Below are positions 41,901-53,224 of a stretch of 64,000 nucleotides of DNA, one piece after another. A program made the translations under genes and the position numbers. This stretch comes from Octopus sinensis. Taxonomy: Eukaryota. Location of the stretch: assembly GCF_006345805.1 (NCBI RefSeq), contig NC_043012.1:4526001-4590000 (forward strand), in the 5' to 3' direction. Position 1 is the first letter of the stretch, and each line of letters opens with the position of its first letter. The notes beneath the pieces were generated by a model. It made no database searches. It saw nothing but the letters and a program-made list of their open reading frames with translations, and was not told the origin of the DNA.

Positions 41901-42281
41901 TCTATACTCCGGCTTCGCTAATGCTAAATAAAAAGTTATGGCTGTGAATAAATCTCCACTCTCCTCTTGGATTTCTGTTATATACTCTACGGAATATTTA
42001 CTGTTCTAAACAGGAACAAAGAACTACCCAACAAGTGGTACTTACAAGTAACAGTATCTATTTAAGCTTGAGCGCTATGTAATTGAACTGTTGTGGATAG
42101 CCAGCGTCTATACCATTTTATGAGATAATTCAGTATCCGCCAGGATAATCTATCCCTTTCATACTCTTTCAAATTATATATATATAATTTTCATTTTATT
42201 AACCTTACTTCAATCTGTACCGAACTGACTTAGTGCTTTAACTTAAGTAGCTATTCAATTGATTAGTACTTAATTATTTCT

Positions 42282-42316
<35 letters not shown>

Positions 42317-42346
42317 TATCTATACATATATAATACATGCATATAT

Positions 42347-42423
<77 letters not shown>

Positions 42424-42432
42424 ATATATGTA

Positions 42433-42489
<57 letters not shown>

Positions 42490-43061
42490 ATGTAAGTTAT
42501 ATGATGTATAAAAACATGCAATATACAAATAAATATCTGTAAATATAAAACCCATCCGAATTTCTGAGTACCCCCATTTCTTCTAATATATATATATATA
42601 TATCTATATATGCATATCATACACACACACACGCACGCACACAAACACACACATGCATATGCATATGCATATGCATGTGTATGTGGGCGATGTGTGTGCG
42701 TGTGTGTTTGTACAACGCACTATGAAGTCACGTGTACTGTTAGTTTTAAATTTGACAGTAGTCCGTGTGCTGATTATTTCTCGTCAAATATAATAAAACT
42801 AATTGCTGTGTTTAAAAATGCAGCCATACGCTCGTGCTACGGTGTGAACTAACTAGCTCAGCTACTTTCATTTTTTCACATTTTTATTCGACCAGGTCTT
42901 GCATATATAAGAGCTTTTTTTTTCATCGTACGTCTCTGTCCAGTCCCTCGATCTCTATTTACATCTACCTCTGCACAACATCTCGGATAACAGGAACGGG
43001 ACAAAATGTATATATATACCATTGTGCTTAAATAATGGAACTGCAGATAAAATATTCTTAC

Positions 43062-43255
43062 ATATCTCGCATCTGTTTTCATTCCTCCACTTCACTCTGT
43101 ATTTCATATCTTCTCTAGAATAATAATTGCTTAAACATTTTTTCGCACTGTCTCTGATGAAAGGATATATAAAATATCCCAGAAACAGCTGTAAGGCCTT
43201 CTCTTTATAAATGTTCCGAAAACTATTCACACCGTTGAATTTTTTAAATCTCATT
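43062..43255 (-). CDS. Candidate exon in the loop-2 region (MRFKKFNGVNSF...NRCEI), phase 2 to 1
   Basis: aacag acceptor, GTAAGA donor, 64 open codons, phase fits the previous exon. No recognisable motif and no clear downstream partner. Confidence 0.45.
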
Positions 43256-43265
43256 CTGTTAATTT

Positions 43266-43300
<35 letters not shown>

Positions 43301-43302
43301 AT

Positions 43303-43402
43303 NNNNNNNNNNNNNNNNNNNNNNNNNNNNNNNNNNNNNNNNNNNNNNNNNNNNNNNNNNNNNNNNNNNNNNNNNNNNNNNNNNNNNNNNNNNNNNNNNN
43401 NN
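43303..43402. other. Assembly gap (100 N)
   Basis: Run of N between a TA/TATG microsatellite and purine-rich sequence; true size unknown. Confidence 1.
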
Positions 43403-43578
43403 GACATAAAAAAGAGAAAGAATGAGAAAACGAGAACATAAAAAGCAAAAAAAAAAGAAAACAAACATTTTAGGAACAACGATAAAAAACCTATAATTAT
43501 ATATTATATATATATATACATGCAAAGGCACAACTCACTATGCTTTTATGAATATACACACACAGACGTATATATACT

Positions 43579-43663
<85 letters not shown>

Positions 43664-43756
43664 GAGAGAGAGCAAAAGAGAGAGAGAGTGAGAGCAAATA
43701 AAAGACAGACACAATGAGAGAGCTACAAGAGGATAAAAAAGTTGAGATATACGCAC

Positions 43757-43866
43757 GGGCAACATCGTCTTAAAAGTGGGTTTCCACTGTAGCAAATCAC
43801 TGATCTTAGCGATTTGGATAAAGTATCTTTTGTCTTCTCCACTAAACCACTGGCATTGTAGATGAC
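43757..43866 (-). CDS. CHS: Myosin-motor exon (VIYNASGLVEKTKDTLSKSLRSVICYSGNPLL...)
   Basis: cctacag acceptor; matches myosin V-YNA-GFLEKNRDTL. Donor is uncertain (CC|GTGCGT, phase 2, preferred). Confidence 0.82.
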
Positions 43867-44560
43867 CTGTAGGGACAGATAAAAACAATAAGATCATCAT
43901 TGTCGTCATTCATCATCATCATCATCATCATCATCAACTCCATCGTTGTCGTGGTTGCTGTAACTGTTATTGTCGTAACTGTCACCATCAAAATCCTTAT
44001 CACTACGACTACTACAATCCTCCCCCCCCTCCTCCCCTCCCCTCCTCCTCCTCCTCCTCCTCCTCCCCCTCCCGCCCTCCCCTCCTCCCCATCCCCTCCT
44101 CCTATTCACCCTCCTCCTCCTCCTCCCTCTTCTCGTCGACGTCGTCGTTGGTGGTTGTCTTCGCCTTCGTTCATAAACATATACGTATATACATATATAC
44201 GACGAGCTTCTTTCAGTTTCCGCCTACTAAATCCACTCCAAGGCTTTGGTCGGCCCGAAGCTATTTGTAGAAGACACTTGCTCAAGGTGCCTCGCAGTGG
44301 GTCTGAACCCGGAACCATGTGTTTGGGAAGCAAGCTTCTTGTCGCACAGCCACGCCTGCGCCTATATAAATGACTTTATACACTCCTTATCGTTTTCTCT
44401 CGCATCGTACTATATATTGCATACCTAGTAGAATGAAACGTTAAGGATATTTTTATGAATATCGCCGGGTTACTCGAACCCATATATTCTGACTTAAATT
44501 TACGTATGTATACATAAATTTATATAAATTTAGAAATATATAAATATATATGTGTGTATA

Positions 44561-44615
44561 TTCCACTGATGAAGCAAAGCATTTGTTATGCAAGGCTAAG
44601 AATCTACATCTGGAA
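44561..44615 (+). ncRNA. Decayed hammerhead
   Basis: TTCCA-CTGATGA-AGC...GCT-AA-GAATCTAC-ATC-TGGAA; perfect helix I but the GAAA core is damaged. Confidence 0.45.
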
Positions 44616-44956
44616 TTATCCAATAATCTCTTTGCTAGTTTATTTTGTCTCTTTGTCTTCTCTACTGGTGCTGTAAGAATATTTGATGTGATTTTAGAGT
44701 CACGATTTGACTGCTATCTCTAGCATGATGGTATATTTTAGATACCCTTAATTATAATTTAAATAATATATATATATATATATTTCGTTTTTGGATTTGG
44801 TTTGCAAGATTCTTTATATGAATTCGTGAAAAGGCTGCAAGAAGCAACGAAAATTTTAGAAAATAAAAATAAGGAAAAAAAAAGTGGAAATTCTACTGGT
44901 GAGTGTGTTAAATAATAAGGCACTAAAAGAGAATGACTCTCCTCAGACACAACAGA

Positions 44957-44990
<34 letters not shown>

Positions 44991-45083
44991 CATGTATGTA
45001 TGTATATATATCTATACAGACACATACCCCCACATATATATATGTGTGTATGTGTGTGTGTTATATTTGAAGATATATCAGAC

Positions 45084-45260
45084 CTGATCTGCATAATGGA
45101 TGATACCAAATGATATTTCAGTTTCATTTCTGCGAATATATCGGTTGTTCTGTGAGCAATTTTCGTTTAATTTCTGCACCAAACCTTCATCCGAAATCTT
45201 CTGTAAACTGGCTTGGTCTTCAAGGATGGAGAAGATGCTTACACCCTTATTCCCTCCACT
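45084..45260 (-). CDS. CHS: Myosin-motor exon (SGGNKGVSIFSILEDQ...FGIIHYADQ), phase 0 to 0
   Basis: tttcag acceptor, GTCTGA donor, 177 nt; F-I-HYA motif. Confidence 0.9.
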
Positions 45261-45413
45261 CTGAAACATAAACATGCGGTATTTCATATGTATATATATA
45301 TATATAATTAATTAAAAAGAAAACGGAGAAAAAATAAGACAACAATAGAAAAACAACGCGAAGACGTGGCACACGCAAAGTATTAATAAGACGTTCAGAG
45401 AAAGTAAAGAGGT

Positions 45414-45448
45414 GTTTTACATTTCGAGCAAAGCTCTTCTTCAGAAAC
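45414..45448 (-). ncRNA. Minimal hammerhead motif (PLE type), helix III mutated
   Basis: GTTT-CTGAAGA-A-GAGC-TTT-GCTC-GAAAT-GTA-AAAC. Confidence 0.7.
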
Positions 45449-45511
45449 AGGAGACAGAAGAAAGTCAAGAGAAAAGAAGACGGGAAAAATATCGCCAACA
45501 GTCCACATGTG

Positions 45512-45594
<83 letters not shown>

Positions 45595-45631
45595 TATATA
45601 TAAATGTCTTGTTGTTGAGATAGGTTTCTTT

Positions 45632-45716
45632 CTTTCCTGATGAGATTACATTTATTTTTATACCGTTTATTCCTTCGGAATAAAACCAATGTCATCTTCG
45701 AAACATATGTCGAAAG
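45632..45716 (+). ncRNA. Solo type I hammerhead ribozyme (PLE type)
   Basis: CTTTC-CTGATGA-[long helix II]-GAAAC-ATAT-GTC-GAAAG; 5-bp helix I and palindromic helix III. Confidence 0.85.
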
Positions 45717-46049
45717 TAAAAGAATTTGAATAACATCTGCATTCAACTCCATTTATTTACTTACACACACACTAACACACACAAACACACACACACCCAT
45801 ATATATATCTCGTGGTACTCCGTCGGTTACGACCACGAGGGTTCCAGTTGTTCCGATCAACGGGACAGCCTGCTCGTGAAATTAACGTGCAAGTGGCTGA
45901 GCACTCCACAGACACGTGTACATTTAACGTAGTTCTCGGGGAGGTTCAGCGTGACACAGAAAGGGACGAGGCTGGTCCCTTTGAACTAACAACACACATG
46001 CCTTGTATATGTGTGTTTGATTTTGTTTATATATCTAATTCATATTTGA

Positions 46050-46153
<104 letters not shown>

Positions 46154-46784
46154 CTCTATCTATATCTATATATACGTACATTACATACATAATACATACA
46201 TACATATATAATATATCTATATATATATATATATTTATTTTTTTTATTTACCTAGTTTCAGCTCACGAGCTGTGGCCATGCTGGGGCACCGCCATTTATA
46301 TATATATATATATATATATGTAGGTCCCGGGTTGATCCGGGGTTAACCACAGTAAGTAAGGTACTCAATACATAGCAGAGTAAAATTAATTTATATATAG
46401 AAGGAGCTTCTACAGGACTAGTACTGTTTCATTCAAGAGAAATCTTCAGGAAGCTATTTAACAAGAATTGTATTAGCATTTATACATTTAGGCAGTTTTA
46501 AAGGAGTGGTGGTGGGGGACTTTTTTGGGGGTAGGCATAGCGCAAAATATCATACTTGGGGAGTGGTCCAGGAGTCAGTGGTAAGTTAATGAAAGAATGA
46601 TAAATAAAAAAATAAAAAATAAAAAATAAAAAATAAAAAATAAAAAAAAAAAAAAAATAAAATGTGTGCACATACATACATAAAACACATTATAACATCA
46701 CACACACATACGTACACATGTGTGCCTATACATACCTACACATACACACATACACATACATATACAATACATATATACACACAC

Positions 46785-46822
<38 letters not shown>

Positions 46823-47153
46823 ATCCAATACAGGCCCATTCCCTAATTTTATTTTATTATCTTCATTTATTACTTTTGTTATCTTTGATCGCTAGAGCTA
46901 AGGATCCTGGCGATGGCAGCATGTCCAAATTGTCTGTCTACTAGAAGGCAAGTACTCGTTCCCGCACGCACACTCATTAGCACGTACATACACCCATTCG
47001 TACACTCATACACATTACACGTACGCACGCGTTATATTCATACATACAAACAATCTACATACGTTCACGTATATACACATACGTACTCGTACCTACAGAT
47101 TCATGTTACACTTAGGAGGCTAGTCTATATATATACACCATAAATATACATTA

Positions 47154-47185
<32 letters not shown>

Positions 47186-47564
47186 CACATATACACATAC
47201 ACACACACACACACATATATATCCCCTACATACAGATACATACCTAATTATATATATATATATATACCACACATACATGTACACAATATATATTATATAT
47301 ACATACATATATATATTATATATACATATATATATATATATATATACATACATACATACACACACACCCATATATATACAACACATACATACACCATATA
47401 TATAAACACAAACTATAACAACACATATATATATATATACATATATACACACATACATACACCAACCTTACAGATATACACACAAACACATACATACGTA
47501 AACATACATACATACATCCATACATCCATACTTACATGCACTTATACGCATACACACACCCCCA

Positions 47565-47603
<39 letters not shown>

Positions 47604-48148
47604 TATATATATATACACACTCACACATACATATACAAATATACGCCCACACATACATACAAAATACACGTATACGCATACACGCACATACACATATACA
47701 TGCGTACCCATACACGTGCACACGCACATGCATCCATATGTATAACACACACACACATATATACACGTGTGCAAGCATACAACATACTCATACACGCACA
47801 CATACTTACATAACATATATGCACACACTTACACACATATATACATACACATATACATGCATACATACAATATATGCATACATACACATACACGCCACAT
47901 ACACATATACACATGCGTACCCATAAACACGTGCACGCACGCACGCGCATCCATAATATACACACGCACGCATATATATCACGTGTGCAAGCATACATAC
48001 ATACTCATACCCGCGCACATATTATATACATATATGCACACACTTCCACACAATATACATACACATATACATGCATACATACATATATGCATACCACACC
48101 ACGCGCACTCATAATTACATATATATATACACACATACACATATATAC

Positions 48149-48196
<48 letters not shown>

Positions 48197-48603
48197 ATAT
48201 AACACATACACATACACACATATATACATACATATACACATACATATATATACACATATACACTACACATACATGCACACTACACACACATACACATACA
48301 CCTACATACATCTATATATATATATATATATACACATATGTACACACACATACACATATACACATACATATATACACACATACATACATATACATACACA
48401 CACACATACATATATACACGGATACACATACCCATACATATATATATATATATATATCTATATACACACACACACATATACACATGCATATACTTATATC
48501 TCTACATACTCACATATAAACATATATATATATACACACACACATATATATACATGTACACACACATACACAAATACATACATATATACACATACACACA
48601 TAC

Positions 48604-48634
<31 letters not shown>

Positions 48635-48635
48635 C

Positions 48636-48668
<33 letters not shown>

Positions 48669-48700
48669 CACACCTATACCCCCACATATATACATATATA

Positions 48701-48743
<43 letters not shown>

Positions 48744-48903
48744 TACATATACACATATACATGTATACATACGCAATAATGATACACATATATACACATA
48801 CACACACACAGACAGATGCATATACATACATATATAATATAAAGATTACATATCTATTAAATACATACATAATACACAATACAACACATATATATACATA
48901 CAT

Positions 48904-48934
<31 letters not shown>

Positions 48935-49526
48935 CATATATATACATACATATACATAATATACATATATACATACACATGCACATACATATACAAATAT
49001 ACAACACATGCATACACACATGTATGTGCGCGCGTTGTGTGTGTATGGATGTGTATGATATTTTGTATTGTATGTGCATGTGTATGTATATATGTATATA
49101 TATGTATAGTATGTATATTATATCTCCCTTTTTAGTAGAGAGAAATAGCTATAACCCTTTGACTGCTATTTCTAAATTCGGTATGTGGTAAGGCAATTCG
49201 TTGCTGAACCCTTATTGCTTAGTATTACTTAAATTTTCCTCAAATGAGGCTTTTACATGCCGAAGACTACTTGGTGTAATTGATAATTATTCCAAATAAT
49301 TAATTTCACCCTTCATTATTACGGATAACCATATTTTATCTCAGTAGATGACTACAGCATCTTGTTTTGGCTACAGCGGGTGGGAAGGGGCTGTTGACAC
49401 AATCGTTTCATTCACAAATGAATTCGGTGATACTAGTTGAGGATTCTAGCTCGCTCTGATACTGAGTTGAGTTGGTACCTCCTAGTATCTCAAAATTCAA
49501 TATATAATCATTTATGATTATAGTAT

Positions 49527-49633
49527 TCCACGCTGAAGAGAAAAGAAGTTTCGGTAAGATGGAATTATTTAATATTTAATATTTTAATTCTTATGCTTTC
49601 CTAAAACTTGATTTCGAAACGTACGTCCGTGGA
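49527..49633 (+). ncRNA. Type I hammerhead ribozyme, array unit 1
   Basis: TCCACG-CTGAAGA-[76-nt helix II GAAA...TTTC]-GAAAC-GTAC-GTC-CGTGGA. Confidence 0.9.
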
Positions 49634-50129
49634 TAACTTATAAAAATGTTTGATAGATTGCGGTTAATTCATTCTTCTTACCTGTTTGTGTCAGCCTTCC
49701 AATTGCTGTTTTTACTGAGATCTCCCTTTTTAGTAGAAGAATAGAAATAGCTATAACCTTTGACTGCTATTTCTAAATTCGGTATGTGGTAAGGCAATTC
49801 GTTGCTGAACCCTTATTGCTTAGTATTACTTAAATTTTCCTCAAATGAGGCTTTTACATGCCGAAGACTACTTGGTGTAATTGATAATTATTCCAAATTA
49901 ATTAATTTCACCCTTCATTATTACGGATAACCATATTTTATCTCAGTAGATGACTACAGCATCTTGTTTTGGCTACACGCGGGTGGGAAGGGGTGTGACA
50001 CAATCGTTTCATTCACAAATTTGAATTCGGTGATACTAGTTGAGGATTCTAGCTCGCTCTGATACTGAGTTGAGTTGGTACCTCCTAGTATCTCAAAATT
50101 CAATATATAATCATTTATGATTATAGTAT

Positions 50130-50236
50130 TCCACGCTGAAGAGAAAAGAAGTTTCGGTAAGATGGAATTATTTAATATTTAATATTTTAATTCTTATGCT
50201 TTCCTAAAACTTGATTTCGAAACGTACGTCCGTGGA
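50130..50236 (+). ncRNA. Type I hammerhead ribozyme, array unit 2
   Basis: Same intact core and helices as unit 1. Confidence 0.9.
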
Positions 50237-50726
50237 TAACTTTAAAAATGTTTGATAGATTGCGGTTAATCATTCTCTCTTACCTGTTGTGTCAGCCTTC
50301 CAATTGCTGTTTTTACTGAGATCTCCTTTTTAGTAGAAGAAATAGCTATAACCCTTTGACTGCTATTTCTAAATTCGGTATGTGGTAAGGCAATTCGTTG
50401 CTGAACCCTTATTGCTTAGTATTACTTAATTTTTCCTCAAATGAGGCTTTTACATGCGAGACTACTTGGTGTAATTGATAATTATTCCAAATTAATAATT
50501 TCACCCTTCATTATTATACGGATAACCATATTTTATCTCAGTAGATGACTACAGCATCTTGTTTTGGCTACACGCGGGTGGGAAGGGGCTGTTGACACAA
50601 TCGTTTCATTCACAAATTGAATTCGGTGATACTAGTTGAGGATTCTAGCTCGCCTCTGATACTGAGTTGAGTTGGTACCTCCTAGTATCTCAAAATTCAA
50701 TATATAATCATTTATGATTATAGTAT

Positions 50727-50832
50727 TCCACGCTGAAGAGAAAAGAAGTTTCGGTAAGATGGAATTATTTAATATTAATATTTTAATTCTTATGCTTTCC
50801 TAAAACTTGATTTCGAAACGTACGTCCGTGGA
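50727..50832 (+). ncRNA. Type I hammerhead ribozyme, array unit 3
   Basis: Same intact core and helices. Confidence 0.9.
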
Positions 50833-51322
50833 TAACTTTAAAAATGTTTGATAGATTGCGGTTAATTCATTCTCTCTTACCTGTTTGTGTCAGCCTTCCA
50901 ATTGCTGTTTTTACTGAGATCTCCCTTTTTAGTAGAAGAAATAGCTATAACCCTTTGACTGCTATTTCTAAATTCGGTATGTGTAAGGCAATTCGTTGCT
51001 GAACCCTTATTGCTTAGTATTACTTAAATTTTCCTCAAATGAGGCTTTTACATGCCGAAGACTACTTGGTGTAATTTAATTATTCCAAATTAATTAATTT
51101 ACACCTTCATTATTACGGATAACCATATTTTATCTCAGTAGATGACTACAGCATCTTGTTTTGGCTACACGCGGGTGGGAAGGGGCTGTTGACACAATCG
51201 TTTCATTCACAAATTGAATTCGGTGATACTAGTTGAGGATTCTAGCTCGCTCTGATACTGAGTTGAGTTGGTACCTCCTAGTATCTCAAAATTCAATATA
51301 TAATCATTTATGATTATAGTAT

Positions 51323-51429
51323 TCCACGCTGAAGAGAAAAGAAGTTTCGGTAAGATGGAATTATTTAATATTTAATATTTTAATTCTTATGCTTTCCTAA
51401 AACTTGATTTCGAAACGTACGTCCGTGGA
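51323..51429 (+). ncRNA. Type I hammerhead ribozyme, array unit 4
   Basis: Same intact core and helices. Confidence 0.9.
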
Positions 51430-51924
51430 ACTTTAAAAATGTTTGATAGATTGCGGTTAATTCATTCTCTCTTACCTGTTGTGTCAGCCTTCCAATTGCT
51501 GTTTTTTTACTGAGATCTCCCTTTTTAGTAGAAGAAATAGCTATAACCCTTTGACTGCTATTTCTAAATTCGGTATGTGGTAAGGCAATTCGTTGCTGAA
51601 CCCTTATTGCTTAGTATTACTTAAATTTTCCTCAAATGAGGCTTTTACATGCCGAAGACTACTTGGTGTAATTGATAATTATTCCAAATTAATTAATTTC
51701 ACCCTTCATTATTACGGATAACCATATTTTATCTCAGTAGATGACTACACAGCATCTTGTTTTGGCTACACGCGGGTGGGAAGGGGCTGTTGACACAATC
51801 GTTTCATTCACAAATTTGAATTCGGTGATACTAGTTGAGGATTCTAGCTCGCTCTGATACTGAGTTGAGTTGGTACCTCCTAGTATCTCAAAATTCAATA
51901 TATAATCATTTATGATTATAGTAT

Positions 51925-52028
51925 TCCACGCTGAAGAGAAAAAGTTTCGGTAAGATGGAATTATTTAATATTTAATATTTTAATTCTTATGCTTTCCTAA
52001 ACTTGATTTCGAAACGTACGTCCGTGGA
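51925..52028 (+). ncRNA. Type I hammerhead ribozyme, array unit 5
   Basis: Same intact core and helices. Confidence 0.9.
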
Positions 52029-52523
52029 TAACTTTAAAATGTTTGATAGATTGCGGTTAATTCATTCTCTCTTACCTGTTTGTGTCAGCCTTCCAATTGC
52101 TGTTTTTACTGAGATCTCCCTTTTTTAGTAGAAGAATAGCTATAACCCTTTGACTGCTATTTCTAAATTCGGTATGTGGTAAGGCAATTCGTTGCTGAAC
52201 CCTTATTGCTTAGTATTACTTAAATTTTCCTCAAATGAGGCTTTTACATGCCGAAGACTACTTGGTGTAATTGATAATTATTCCAAATTAATTAATTTCA
52301 CCCTTCATTATACGGATAACCATATTTTATCTCAGTAGATGACTACAGCATCTTGTTTTGGCTACACGCGGGTGGGAAGGGGCTGTTGACACAATCGTTT
52401 CCATTCACAAATTTGAATTCGGTGATACTAGTTGAGGATTCTAGCTCGCTCTGATACTGAGTTGAGTTGGTACCTCATCCTATTATCTCAAAATTCAATA
52501 TATAATCATTTATGATTATAGTT

Positions 52524-52626
52524 TCCACGCTGAGAAAAAGAAGTTTTCGTAAGATGGAATTATTTAATATTTAATATTTTAATTCTTATGCTTCCTAAAC
52601 TTGATTTCGAAACGTACGTCCGTGGA
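52524..52626 (+). ncRNA. Hammerhead motif, array unit 6 (CTGA-GA, one core base missing)
   Basis: Helices I and III are intact. The 1-nt core deletion is either a mutation or a sequencing error. Confidence 0.7.
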
Positions 52627-53118
52627 TACTTTAAATGTTTGATAGATTGCGGTTAATTCATTCTCTCTTACCTGTTTGTGTCAGCCTTCCAATTGCTGTT
52701 TTTACTGAGATCTCCCTTTTTAGTAGAAGAAATAGCTATAACCCTTTGACTGCTATTTCTAAATTCGGTATGTGGTAAGGCATTCGTTGCTGAACCCTTA
52801 TTGCTTAGTATTACTTAAATTTTCCTCAAATGAGGCTTTTACATGCCGAAGACTACTTGGTGTAATTGATAATTATTCCAAATTAATTAATTTCACCCTT
52901 CATTATTACGGATAACCATATTTTACTCAGTAGATGACTACTCAGCATCTTGTTTTGGCTACACGCGGGTGGGAGGGGCTGTTGACACAATCGTTTCATC
53001 ATTCACAATTTGAATTCGGTGATACTAGTTGAGGATTCTAGCTCGCTCTGATACTGAAGTTGAGTTGGTTACCTCCTAGTATCTCAAAATTCAATATATA
53101 TCATTTATATTATAGTAT

Positions 53119-53224
53119 TCCACGCTGAAGAGAAAAGAATTTCGGGTAAGATGGAATTATTTAATATTTAATATTTTAATTCTTATGCTTTCCTAAAACT
53201 TGATTTCGAAACGTACGTCCGTGG
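53119..53224 (+). ncRNA. Type I hammerhead ribozyme, array unit 7
   Basis: Same intact core and helices. Confidence 0.88.

Noticed and set aside
43062-43255. Idea that the myosin head is truncated here, with PFIR as a relic of FVRCIKPN
   Set aside because: The real FVR|CLKPN, GYPIR and GKTK exons were found at 31279-21894, so the C-terminal part of the motor is present.
44610-44720. Possible exon (SNRDSKITSNILTAPVEK...)
   Set aside because: Weak acceptor and incompatible phase. The expected VxYNA...EK exon was found at 43757-43866.
46600-49120. Many long ORFs rich in H, T, Y, I, C, V and M (also 24500-26600 and 53400-55700)
   Set aside because: These are translations of (CA)n, (TA)n and (TATG)n microsatellites.
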